DNA from: an uncultured Candidatus Bathyarchaeia archaeon
GTDB lineage: Archaea; Thermoproteota; Bathyarchaeia; Bathyarchaeales; Bathycorpusculaceae
Direction: 5' to 3'
Length of the DNA stretch: 64,000 nt
Assembly: GCA_964514055.1 (NCBI GenBank)
Contig: CAZEPB010000002.1
Span: forward strand, 40,797 to 104,796
In this document: one piece after another, positions 1 through 9,236 of the stretch
Layout of the letters: every line of letters begins with the position of its first letter
Position numbering within the stretch: position 1 is the stretch's first letter
The notes under the pieces: generated by a model
Told to the model about the DNA's origin: nothing
What the model saw: only the letters and a program-made list of their open reading frames with translations
Database searches by the model: none
Program-made: the position numbers and the translations under genes

Positions 1-58
1 AAGGCAAAACAGCAGTTGGAACTTTCCTAAACGCGCTAAAAGAGGACGGCTGGAGATT

Positions 59-271
59 ATGGCGGAAATTCTGTTTTATTGTGACCAACAAAAAGGCAAG
101 ACAAAAATAATGTACAAGACCAACCTAAACTACGCGCAGTTGAAGAAGCATCTAAAGTCTTTAACGTCTAAAGGTTTGCTGGCAGCCAATACGAACAAGT
201 ATTTTACAACTCAGAAAGGTCGCCGTTTTCTCGAAATATTCGCTCAACTTAATGCCATGCTCAAAAACTGA
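59..271 (+). CDS. small winged-helix DNA-binding protein (HTH_45-like); N-terminus possibly upstream of window
   Basis: 70-aa ORF. KTKIMYKTNLNYAQLKKHLKSLTSKGLL resembles the core of small archaeal wHTH proteins. The frame has no stop back to nt 2 (..KRGRLEI precedes the ATG). Confidence 0.55.
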   Translation: MAEILFYCDQQKGKTKIMYKTNLNYAQLKKHLKSLTSKGLLAANTNKYFTTQKGRRFLEIFAQLNAMLKN

Positions 272-272
272 T

Positions 273-491
273 TTATTTTCGGTTATTCCACTTTTCTTTC
301 AACGTTGAAACGAAGCCAGCTTCGTCTTCCAAGATACGCGTTTTCACCTGTCTCCAAGCAGCTGGGCAATTCTTGTAGGCTACACCTACGATGTCATGGA
401 GTATCCTGTCGATTTCCTGTCTGTTTTTGGAAGTGACTTCTATGCCTGCTTTTTTGAAAACTTGGTCAAGATGTCTGAAGTAGCATGTCAT
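273..491 (-). CDS. small hypothetical protein
   Basis: 72-aa ORF packed tightly against the neighbouring gene. Composition is protein-like (..EIDRILHDIVGVAYKNCPAAWRQVK..). No motif I can name. Confidence 0.4.
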   Translation of the reverse strand: MTCYFRHLDQVFKKAGIEVTSKNRQEIDRILHDIVGVAYKNCPAAWRQVKTRILEDEAGFVSTLKEKWNNRK

Positions 492-627
492 GATAGGGCC
501 TCCTATAACTCAATCTGTCACAGGCTTTCTAAATCTTATGTTTCGATTAACATCTTTAATCGTAATTTTGTCTCTGTATGATGAAATCATAAGAAATATG
601 GGTTGAAACGCGAGAAATAAAATTGCA

Positions 628-1104
628 ATGAAAAATCTTAGACGTTCATTCGCATGCGTCTTCATTATTTTAGCGTTGCTTGCTGTCATCTTCATAGGGC
701 TTGGTCACGCAACAACCACCCAATTTACGCTGAAAGCTGGAGGGGAAGTAACTCATCCCATAAATCTCATCGCAGATGATCGCGTTTTGATACAATACAA
801 AGTTATCAGCGCCATTGCAGACACCTCTAACACCGTGCAATTCTCCATAAACTTTCCAAGCGGCACGGTAAAAGAATTTGGGGAATCAGGTGATTTCAGT
901 TACAGCTTTGTTTGCGACGCTGAAGGCGAGTATACTTTGAACTTTACGAACACTGACCAAACAGAAAGCAAGCTTGTAACGTTGAATTATGAGATTGACC
1001 ATTACATTTTTGGAATGCCCCAGATGCTCTTCATGGTCGTAGTAATTGCAGTCGTCAGCATGGTCGGGGTTGCAGTTTTCATAGGGTTAAGCCGAAAACC
1101 TTAG
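628..1104 (+). CDS. exported, C-terminally membrane-anchored protein
   Basis: 158 aa. N-terminal signal-like hydrophobic segment (FACVFIILALLAVIFIGLG), beta-rich middle, and a C-terminal TM (MLFMVVVIAVVSMVGVAVFIGL) followed by SRKP. Confidence 0.5.
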   Translation: MKNLRRSFACVFIILALLAVIFIGLGHATTTQFTLKAGGEVTHPINLIADDRVLIQYKVISAIADTSNTVQFSINFPSGTVKEFGESGDFSYSFVCDAEGEYTLNFTNTDQTESKLVTLNYEIDHYIFGMPQMLFMVVVIAVVSMVGVAVFIGLSRKP

Positions 1105-1109
1105 CATGT

Positions 1110-2039
1110 TCATTGCCGTTTCTTCTTTTCGTTCTGCCAAAGCCTAACGAAATCAGCGTAGTTTAGAGCGATCTTTTCCACTGCCTCCTCCCGACCGATT
1201 GTTCCAGCCTTGTGTTCAACAAGCGGCTGCCAGAAAATGGTTCTTCCCACGGCGAACCCTATTATACCGGGTATTTTGGCGCCCACAGCGAGCCATTTTT
1301 GCACCATCTCTTTGGATTCTCCTCGCCCAAGAGTTATTACTCCTGCTTTTCTGCCGCCGCTCTGAGCTTGATTTACAATGGTTTCTGCGTCATCGGGGTT
1401 GTCTACTCCTTCCAGCTTCCAGACTGCAGGTTCAACTCCAGCTGCTTGAATCGCCTTTATGCTTTCAACCATCAATTTGGGGCGTATCTTCTGGTCGTAT
1501 GTTTCCTTAGACCCTTCAGCTTCCGCCAACTGCTCAGAGGTTGCAGGAACTATCAGCTCAAAAAGGAAAGGCTTGCCAATTTGTCGCAAGTAGTCGCTAA
1601 GCGTCTTTAATCTGCGAAGTTGACGTTGATTCAGCATCGCGTCGCCTGCCGGATTATACCGTACCAGAACTTTAACAAAAGTAGGGTCGAACTTCTCGAT
1701 ATGTTTAGCGTATTCTTCTCCATACTCGAAATCAAATTCTGCTTGACCTGATTTTTCCACAGGCATAGCGAACGTGAAGCCGTTTTTTTTGGCTTCTCGA
1801 AGTATGTTCGCGCCATACTCCTCATCCACCAACAGTCCAGCTATTTCTCGGGGAACACTCTTTTCCAAAGCCTGACGAAAGCCCATGAAAATCAGCTTCT
1901 TATATTCCTCGATGTGTTTCTTCTCTTCAGCTGTTGGCTGACGGTTTTCAATGCCGAACAGTTTTTTTGTGAATGAGGACCGATGGTCAAAGGCTAAAAT
2001 TAAAACTTCTTTCCGAGTCCAATCAATCAACGTGTTCAC
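1110..2039 (-). CDS. aldolase-type TIM-barrel protein (DUF2090 / LacD-like)
   Basis: 309 aa. N-terminal LILAFDHRSSF resembles the AxDHR/DQR strand of DUF2090 and tagatose-bisphosphate-aldolase-like proteins. Recalled from family motifs only. Confidence 0.45.
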   Translation of the reverse strand: MNTLIDWTRKEVLILAFDHRSSFTKKLFGIENRQPTAEEKKHIEEYKKLIFMGFRQALEKSVPREIAGLLVDEEYGANILREAKKNGFTFAMPVEKSGQAEFDFEYGEEYAKHIEKFDPTFVKVLVRYNPAGDAMLNQRQLRRLKTLSDYLRQIGKPFLFELIVPATSEQLAEAEGSKETYDQKIRPKLMVESIKAIQAAGVEPAVWKLEGVDNPDDAETIVNQAQSGGRKAGVITLGRGESKEMVQKWLAVGAKIPGIIGFAVGRTIFWQPLVEHKAGTIGREEAVEKIALNYADFVRLWQNEKKKRQ

Positions 2040-2133
2040 CAGTCAATAGCTTCTTTGTTTTCAGTAATATACATTACCGTATAAGCTGGTTTTCTCAAAG
2101 TACTTTTCGCCTGACGGCATCACTTCCGCGAAA

Positions 2134-3414
2134 TCATTTCTTCAACAGTTCCATGAGTTTCGGCATTAACTCGCAACCTCGGGCTAAAACGCCTAAACTC
2201 CCCTTTTCACATTCGCGCTCAGAAAATTTAGCAACATTTCCATCCTTGACTTTGCCCCCCGAAATAAGCACTGGAACTGGCGTGTCGCTGTGCACCTTCA
2301 GGGCGCAGGGAGTTGCATGATCAGATGTTACGCAAATTATATGGTCTTTCAACGAAATCTTCGGCAACAGTTCTCCGAAGAAGTATTTGTCAATGGCGGA
2401 GATTATTGCGGTTTTTCGGTGGCAGTTGCCGTCGTGACCTGGCTCGTCTGGACCTTTGAGGTGAATGTAGAAACAGTCATGATTCGGCAGTGTCGCCAGC
2501 AGTTTCTTTACTCTGATTTCGCAGTCGCCTTTGAGGTCACCTGTTGGGGAAGGGAGAAGAGTTGCCTGCATCCCAGCCAGATGGGCTATGCCTTTTTCCG
2601 CCTGCATGTCGGCGAGAGCTGCAAAGTTCACGTTATACCGCTTGTTGATGTTGAAGAATTTCGGCAGTTGGTTTCCTGCATCTCGTGTGAGGACGCAGTT
2701 AGCTTTCAGTTTGCCTTCCGCGGCGCGTTTCTCATTTACTGGGTGGTTTTCCCAGAGCGCATGCGTTTTCTCTATAAACTCGTTCACGAGACCTGCAGAG
2801 TTTCGCGCTTCTTCGGTGTCATCCAAAGGCTCGCTTTTTTTGAGAACCATATCTACATTCGGCGTCGCTACGCCTATGCCGTTTATCATGGTATAAGCAG
2901 GGTCGCTGTTCGTTATCTTGCTGGAGAGACACTTTCCGTTGCTGCTTCTAAAAACAAGAACGGCGCGGTGACCTAACATGTTCCTAAATTCAAATGTTGC
3001 AGGGCACGATTCCAACTTCACGTTTTCGTTGACGGCTTCACTTAGCTCTGTGGCTTCTTCGGTGGTTAGGGTTCTTTTCACTCTGCGATCGATTATGGTT
3101 TTCCCCTCCCCCAAAGTAGCAAAGTTGCATCTCAAAGCCAAGTCACCATCCTTCACGTCAATACCTGCGCCGACGGCTTCGATTATGCCGCGTCCAGTGC
3201 TGTACTCAAACGGGTCGTAGCCTAAAAGCGAAATGACAGCCACATCACTCTCTGGGGCAACACCTTTTCTAACCGTGTACATCAATCCTGTTTTGCCATT
3301 CTTGGCGAGAAAGTCCAAGTTAGGCGTTTTAGCCGCTTCCAAAGGCGTTTTATTCCCCAACTCGGCAATTGGCAAGTCGCCCATACCATCAATAGCAACG
3401 TATATCAGCTTCAA
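2134..3414 (-). CDS. apgM: 2,3-bisphosphoglycerate-independent phosphoglycerate mutase, archaeal type
   Basis: 426 aa. N-terminal YVAIDGMGD metal-site motif, and later YIHLKGPDEPGHDG and VTSDHATP motifs of the alkaline-phosphatase-superfamily archaeal iPGM. Confidence 0.85.
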   Translation of the reverse strand: MKLIYVAIDGMGDLPIAELGNKTPLEAAKTPNLDFLAKNGKTGLMYTVRKGVAPESDVAVISLLGYDPFEYSTGRGIIEAVGAGIDVKDGDLALRCNFATLGEGKTIIDRRVKRTLTTEEATELSEAVNENVKLESCPATFEFRNMLGHRAVLVFRSSNGKCLSSKITNSDPAYTMINGIGVATPNVDMVLKKSEPLDDTEEARNSAGLVNEFIEKTHALWENHPVNEKRAAEGKLKANCVLTRDAGNQLPKFFNINKRYNVNFAALADMQAEKGIAHLAGMQATLLPSPTGDLKGDCEIRVKKLLATLPNHDCFYIHLKGPDEPGHDGNCHRKTAIISAIDKYFFGELLPKISLKDHIICVTSDHATPCALKVHSDTPVPVLISGGKVKDGNVAKFSERECEKGSLGVLARGCELMPKLMELLKK

Positions 3415-3491
3415 CTTCGGAGATTTCCTCCCCTCTTAAGCAGAGAGTTTACTCTATTTTGAGGCGATATTTCTTTTTTGCGTATAAGCCG

Positions 3492-4373
3492 CTACTTTTT
3501 CACGGATAGAATTGCTCTGATTTCTGTTTGCTTCGCTTGCGGCGTTCCAGTGGTGTTCACAAAATAAACATCGGTCTGTTCGAAATACTGAATTTTTAAA
3601 TTGTTGGTCATCTTGGTTGCGCTTGGCGATTCTAAGTAGCTCACGGTGAAACCTGACTCCTCGTCATCAAGAGGTGAAACTGAGACCAAGGGATTGTCCT
3701 CATCATCGTGCATGACGAGTTGGGCGTGGGAAAAATTGCCGATTGTTCCAGTGATACCGTCTACGGTTGCTTTGCACTCAGTGAAGTTTACGTTTCCGAA
3801 GTTTGCTAAAGTGCTGGTGGTGTCGTTAACGTTTGGTCGTTCAACTATCCATTCCGCCGTCAAACGCGAAGAATTGTAAACAACAACTTTCTCGAAATGT
3901 CCGCCTTGAGTGATATCCCTCATTTTTATTGACCAAGTGCTTGCGTTCTCGTTTACAAGGTTTATAGATGCTGTGATCGTGTCACCTGGTCGAATGCGAA
4001 AGTTCGGGATGCGGACCAAATAGTCAGGCAGCAGTTCATACCAAGCATAGTATGCAGAACGACCGTCTATGTACTCCTGCTCAGTGCCTGTCTGAATCAA
4101 GGTTTCTTCTCCATAGCCCCCTATTCCAACCCATACTCCTGCAAACGTGTTGTTTTCCGAAGGCTTAACCTCAGGCACCGTCCAAGAAGCGCTAACGCTG
4201 CTTATCGCTGGCGTACGGTTTTGCATGTCTGAAGCAGCAATATAGCCTGACCACTGCGAAACGCGCAGAGACGCTGGTCCATCAGGCTGGTTTGGATTTG
4301 CCAAAAACAGGTTTATCGAATAAAAAACTGCAAAAGCGCCCATGATGAAAGTCGTTATAGCGATTATCGCCAA
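3492..4373 (-). CDS. peptidase G1/A4 (eqolisin-like) family protein with N-terminal TM anchor
   Basis: 293 aa. N-terminal TM segment, then SQWSGY..WTVP..GVWVGIGGYG..LIQTGTE..YYAWYELLP, which matches the glutamic peptidase family pattern. Confidence 0.65.
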   Translation of the reverse strand: MAIIAITTFIMGAFAVFYSINLFLANPNQPDGPASLRVSQWSGYIAASDMQNRTPAISSVSASWTVPEVKPSENNTFAGVWVGIGGYGEETLIQTGTEQEYIDGRSAYYAWYELLPDYLVRIPNFRIRPGDTITASINLVNENASTWSIKMRDITQGGHFEKVVVYNSSRLTAEWIVERPNVNDTTSTLANFGNVNFTECKATVDGITGTIGNFSHAQLVMHDDEDNPLVSVSPLDDEESGFTVSYLESPSATKMTNNLKIQYFEQTDVYFVNTTGTPQAKQTEIRAILSVKK

Positions 4374-4517
4374 GAGTCTTGAAGCATTGATGTTTAAAGG
4401 TAAAGTCTGCCACCTTTTTTATTGGAAAGTCTTAATGGGCATATAAAGAATTTGCTGTTTTCTCGCAAACGAGCAAAGGGTGAAAAAGCAAAAAACACGT
4501 TCACGCGCCAGCCTTGC

Positions 4518-5969
4518 TCAGAAACTGTCCCTGAACCCTGACACCACATCTTTGATTGATTGGATTAATGGGTGCTTTATTTCCGCGGGAGCCTCAAGTT
4601 TCTCCAAGCGATTCACTCTAAAGTATATGGGGGGATGAGGGTCTAAACCCAACCATTCTTGAAGGCGGAAAGACGGCACCCGTTCGTACAGCAGCCGTTG
4701 GAAACCTATTTTTTCAAGTGCGCCAGCTAAGACTTCGGGTTTGCCCATCGTAATGGCTGATGTAAGGTCTGCGCGTGCTTCGAAGAATTTGGCGATGAAG
4801 AAGATTACTACCATCACAGCCCAGAAGTAGGCGAAGAACAGGAAAGAAGAGAAAATTAACGGGAATAATGGAAACAGCACGTAGAATCTGAAGAGAAACT
4901 CGCCAGCAGTCAACCCGTAAAGAAGAAGCGGGTCCCGCCCTTTAAGATGCCCGAACTCATGACCTAACACGCTGATAACTTCCTCCTCCTCAAGCTGAAC
5001 CAGAAGACCCGTAGTTATCAAAACCACACCACGACTTGGGCTGGGACCAGACGCCGCCGCGTTCGGAACCATAGTGTTTGACACCACGATTTTAGGCACT
5101 GAAAAACCGAATTTATCGGCGACCTTTTTTACGAGCGCGTAAACGTTCACTTTCTTAACCGAAAGGTTCTCAGGCTGGCATGCTATGCCATGTTTCCCGA
5201 AGACTTTTTGTGCTTCTTCACAGTCGATTTCGCCTCGCTCAGCCAAAATTTCGTCGTAGATTTCCTTTTTTATCGCTAATAATTGTTCTCGCGGGAGTGT
5301 TTGCTGAAGTTCGCCGTTTGTTTTGATGGGCAAATTGTATTTCAGAAGATGAATTATGGGGTTGGCTTTGGTGATATGCCAATCAGCCGTTCTGGAAATG
5401 AAGTTGCTGGAGTAAAAAACAAAAACAAACTGCACTGCGATAAGAACTAACGGTGCAATCCAGAAAGCCTGCGGGTAAAGCGAAGCTAAGACTATGAAAA
5501 TTACCATGCCGAAAGCTATGAACACTACGAAAAAGAGAATCTGAGTTTCAAGAAACAGGCGGCGGAAGGATTTTTCCTTTTTCTTAAGCTCCTCTGGCAC
5601 TATATCTTCGCCTTCTCTCCAAGCAAAGTACATTGTTGCTTTTCTAGCGTGTTCCTCGAAAATCTGCACTGCAATAACAACGTCTTGTTTTGCCTCTTCG
5701 ATGGCTGTGCTCGACACTGCGCCATCAATGGGAATTACTTTGACTTCTATGGGCGTGGTGCCTTTGACTTCCGCTTTAAGAGATTGTTTCCCCTGAGCGT
5801 CAAGAACCACGTAAGAGAGGAAAGGAAAACCGTCTGTTGTCTCTCTGTAAAAATTGGAAAATCGCTGTTTCTGAGGAAGCAGGTACTGCGTGTACATGAA
5901 ATTAAATAGTTTTTCCATGTAACTGGCTGGTATCTCTGTAGCTATGGTGTAAGAAACAGCTTGGGCCAT
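4518..5969 (-). CDS. M48-family (HtpX-like) membrane zinc metalloprotease
   Basis: 483 aa. Several TM helices and an HEFGH zinc motif (VLGHEFGHLKGRD). Confidence 0.8.
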   Translation of the reverse strand: MAQAVSYTIATEIPASYMEKLFNFMYTQYLLPQKQRFSNFYRETTDGFPFLSYVVLDAQGKQSLKAEVKGTTPIEVKVIPIDGAVSSTAIEEAKQDVVIAVQIFEEHARKATMYFAWREGEDIVPEELKKKEKSFRRLFLETQILFFVVFIAFGMVIFIVLASLYPQAFWIAPLVLIAVQFVFVFYSSNFISRTADWHITKANPIIHLLKYNLPIKTNGELQQTLPREQLLAIKKEIYDEILAERGEIDCEEAQKVFGKHGIACQPENLSVKKVNVYALVKKVADKFGFSVPKIVVSNTMVPNAAASGPSPSRGVVLITTGLLVQLEEEEVISVLGHEFGHLKGRDPLLLYGLTAGEFLFRFYVLFPLFPLIFSSFLFFAYFWAVMVVIFFIAKFFEARADLTSAITMGKPEVLAGALEKIGFQRLLYERVPSFRLQEWLGLDPHPPIYFRVNRLEKLEAPAEIKHPLIQSIKDVVSGFRDSF

Positions 5970-6236
5970 TCTGCCTCAAATCTCAACTTCGCTTATGTGC
6001 AATTCAATAAACTTCTTTTTTATAAAGGTTTTATCATGAACAAAAGGTTACGATGTGCATTCTGGGGTATCGAGCGAAATGGCATATCAAAAGCTATCAC
6101 TTTTTGTTCGGTCAAACTATTAGCTACAACCCATTTGTATTTGTGTTAAACTACTAATTAATAATCTTTATTAGGATTCAGTTTTTGATGTTCGTGGTGA
6201 ACAAAGATTAAAAGAAAAGCCTTTTTTATAATAGCT

Positions 6237-7673
6237 TTGCTGACAGCAGCCGTAATCGTGCCCCTAATAGTAATCAATGCACAGGCAGTTTTAAGCGCCG
6301 GTCCAGACCAGCAAGTGAACACGGGCGACAAAGTCTTTTTCAACGGAACAACTACCGAAAACGTCACCTCAATAATACAAGTCACTTGGGATTTCGGCGA
6401 CAACACCACAGCAGTAAACGGCACCAGCCCAGACCTGCTTAACGCAACCCACATTTACACCACAGCAGGCGTTTACAACGCTACACTCACCGTCAAGTTC
6501 GACTCCACACTCAACCAAACCGAAATCGCAACTGCCACAATAACCGTAAATGAAAACCAGCCGCCTATCGCCGATGCAGGACCTGACCAATCTGTAGAGC
6601 AAACAAGCCCGCAAGGTGCAAACGTAACGCTTAACGGCGCAGGCTCTAGTGACCCTAATAATGATACGCTGACTTATTTCTGGAACTGGACTGGAGGCTC
6701 CGCGTCAGGGATTAGTCCAACAGTAATGCTCCCGCCAGGAATGACAAACATCACTCTAACGGTAAGCGACGGAGAATTCAACTCAACAGACACTGTAAGC
6801 ATAACTATAGGCGACACAACACCACCGAACGTTGATGCCGGTGAGGATATGATAGTTGAAGCAGGGGCTCCTGATGGAGCGGAGGTAATGCTTCACGGTG
6901 AGGCAACAGATGACGTAGACATGGACCTTGACTACGTTTGGAGCGAAGAAGAAACAGTTCTAGGAACTGAAGCAAACTTGACCATCACGCTAAGCTTGGG
7001 ATCACACATCCTTACGTTGAACGCAACTGATGATTCAGGGAACATGGGAACTGACAACGTAACAATCGATGTTGTTGACACAACGCCACCAGAAGTGAAC
7101 GCGGGCGAAGACATTACTGTAGAGGCGGGATATGAAACAACAATTCATGGTAGTGCAACGGACCTCGTTGACATGGACCTTGATTACGTGTGGAAAGAGG
7201 GTCAAACGATTCTAGGAACTGAAGCGAACCTGACTTACATGTTCACTTTAGGAACACATGTGCTGACGTTAAGTGCGACTGATGACTCTGGAAATGTGGG
7301 AACTGACAACGTAACAATAGAAGCTGTGGATACTACGCCTCCAGAAATTAATGTAACCGTAGCTCCGGACATGATGTGGCCTCCAAACCACAAATATGTT
7401 GACGTAGAAACAGTGGTCACCGTTCATGATGCAGTAGACCCTTCCCCAACAATAACTTTGGTTTCAGTTACAAGCAACGAACCAGATAACTGGAAAGGCG
7501 ACGGTAATACAACCAACGATATTGTAATTCTAGGTAACAACATGTTTCGATTCAGAGCTGAAAGGTCTGGAACAGGTCAAGGACGAACTTACACGATAAC
7601 ATATAGAGCTACTGACGCATCCGGAAACTCTGCAGAAGCATCGGTAACTATAATGGTACCGCACAACAAATAA
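6237..7673 (+). CDS. secreted PKD/cadherin-like repeat protein
   Basis: 478 aa with a TTG start. Signal-like N-terminus, a PKD-like WDFGDN..H.Y..G.Y..TLTV unit, repeated ADAGPDQ / DAGED linkers, and many N-x-S/T sites. Confidence 0.7.
   Translation: MLTAAVIVPLIVINAQAVLSAGPDQQVNTGDKVFFNGTTTENVTSIIQVTWDFGDNTTAVNGTSPDLLNATHIYTTAGVYNATLTVKFDSTLNQTEIATATITVNENQPPIADAGPDQSVEQTSPQGANVTLNGAGSSDPNNDTLTYFWNWTGGSASGISPTVMLPPGMTNITLTVSDGEFNSTDTVSITIGDTTPPNVDAGEDMIVEAGAPDGAEVMLHGEATDDVDMDLDYVWSEEETVLGTEANLTITLSLGSHILTLNATDDSGNMGTDNVTIDVVDTTPPEVNAGEDITVEAGYETTIHGSATDLVDMDLDYVWKEGQTILGTEANLTYMFTLGTHVLTLSATDDSGNVGTDNVTIEAVDTTPPEINVTVAPDMMWPPNHKYVDVETVVTVHDAVDPSPTITLVSVTSNEPDNWKGDGNTTNDIVILGNNMFRFRAERSGTGQGRTYTITYRATDASGNSAEASVTIMVPHNK
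6813..7328 (+). repeat. tandem in-frame duplication (about 88 aa and 84 aa units) inside the PKD-repeat gene
   Basis: Both units start DTTPP(N/E)V(D/N)AGED and contain ..ATD.VDMDLDYVW.E..T(V/I)LGTEANLT...LG(S/T)H(I/V)LTL.ATDDSGN.GTDNVTI. A third DTTPPEINV starts at 7329. Confidence 0.85.
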
Positions 7674-7680
7674 CATCTAC

Positions 7681-7699
7681 CTTTTTTCTTTTTTATTTT
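7681..7699 (+). terminator. oligo-T tract after the PKD-repeat gene
   Basis: cttttttcttttttatttt lies directly after the stop. Archaeal terminators are typically T-runs. Confidence 0.45.
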
Positions 7700-7897
7700 G
7701 CTGAATTCAAAAAATCGGAATGGGCAGCTATCACAAGAATGTTAGATGTATATTTAACTAATCTAATGCTCAAACTCGCCTTTTATAACTCTACGAGTAC
7801 GAAGGGGAGAAGGCAACAGCTTGCCAGTCACCTTCCTGACCCATGAGAGAAGCTATAAATAAGCTTTCAGAAATAGTTAAAACCGCAAACTTAAAAG

Positions 7898-9145
7898 GTG
7901 AAAGTTTTGAGAGTTGGTTTTTTCGTTTGGGAATATCCACCTAGGCTTGTCGGTGGCTTAGGCACTTACGCCGAATATTTGGCACATGAATTCGTTGATA
8001 TAGGACACGACGTTTCGGTTTTCACACTTAACGACGGCAACCTTAAAACCAGAGAAATTCTACGGGGCGTAGAGGTTCATCGACCTCTAATTGCAGACGC
8101 AAGCAACGTTTTTCCGTTCTTCGTAGTTGACGACCTGAAGAAATGGGGCACAAACATCAAACTTTTCAATGACATTTTCATCTACAACATTCTAAGCGCA
8201 ACAAAATTTCTCAACGGCCTAATAAAAAAAGAAAATTACCGTTTTGACGTGGTCTGCGTTCACGACTGGCTAAGCGGCGTTGCAGGTCTCGTCGTTAAGA
8301 ACGAATCAAAGATTCCCGTGGTCTTCCACACCCACAGCACGGAATGGGGCAGAAGCGGAGGTCACGGATCAGAAGTAGTGTCACACTTAGAAGGCGCCAT
8401 GGCTCAAAACGCGAACAGGATAATAACCGTTAGTTACGCCATGCAGCAAGACCTGATACGACATGGCTGGCCACAGTCAAAAATTAGCGTGGTTTGGAAC
8501 GGCGTGGACCCTGAACGTTACGACCCGCGCAAAATTCAACAAGAAGATGTAAAGAAAATTCGAGAAAAATACGGCATCCCGAACGGTTGGAATATGCTTC
8601 TTTTCGTTGGAAGACTAACGTGGGTGAAAAGCGTAAGAAACTTGTTGCAGGCGATGCCCATGGTCCTAAAAGAATATCCCAACACTAAACTCGTTATCCT
8701 AGGCAAAGGCGAAGAGCAAACGGATATTGTGGAAACAGCGGACAGGTTAGGCATCAAAGACAAAGTTGTTTACCGCTTTGATTTTGTTAATGAAAACGAA
8801 AGAATCTTGCATTACGCTGCCTCGGATGTATGCGTCTTCCCGTCAGTTTACGAGCCCTTCGGTATAGTAAGTTTAGAAGCTATGGCACTGGAAAAACCAG
8901 TGGTTGTAGGCGCACGTGGCGTAGTAGGCTTCAAAGAGCAAGTGATAAGCTCAGGTGCAGACCAGAACGGCATGCACGTTAACGGCGAAGACCCTGCGGA
9001 CATAGCTTGGGGAATAAAAGAAACACTGAAGAACCCGGAAAAAGCGAGAAACTGGGGCGAGAACGGACGCAAAAGAGTACTAGAATACTTCACATGGAGA
9101 AAAGTCGCTGAAGAAACCCTCAAAATCTACGAGGCACTTATTTAA
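7898..9145 (+). CDS. GT-B glycosyltransferase (group 1 / glycogen-synthase-like)
   Basis: 415 aa with a GTG start. N-terminal EYPPRLVGGLGTYAEYL and C-terminal PSVYEPFGIVSLEAMA (E-x7-E type) motifs. Confidence 0.8.
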   Translation: MKVLRVGFFVWEYPPRLVGGLGTYAEYLAHEFVDIGHDVSVFTLNDGNLKTREILRGVEVHRPLIADASNVFPFFVVDDLKKWGTNIKLFNDIFIYNILSATKFLNGLIKKENYRFDVVCVHDWLSGVAGLVVKNESKIPVVFHTHSTEWGRSGGHGSEVVSHLEGAMAQNANRIITVSYAMQQDLIRHGWPQSKISVVWNGVDPERYDPRKIQQEDVKKIREKYGIPNGWNMLLFVGRLTWVKSVRNLLQAMPMVLKEYPNTKLVILGKGEEQTDIVETADRLGIKDKVVYRFDFVNENERILHYAASDVCVFPSVYEPFGIVSLEAMALEKPVVVGARGVVGFKEQVISSGADQNGMHVNGEDPADIAWGIKETLKNPEKARNWGENGRKRVLEYFTWRKVAEETLKIYEALI

Positions 9146-9236
9146 AAAAGCGAATTCTTCAAGCGCGCCCCAAAAGGAAAACTTAAAAAGATAGATTACG
9201 GCTAAGAATCGCCTATTAGGACAGAAGGCTTTTCCT

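Noticed and set aside
6813-7328. Tandem ~255-bp DNA repeats, considered as a possible mobile or array-type repeat
   Set aside because: They are in-frame domain duplications within the PKD-repeat surface protein, which is an ordinary feature of such genes.
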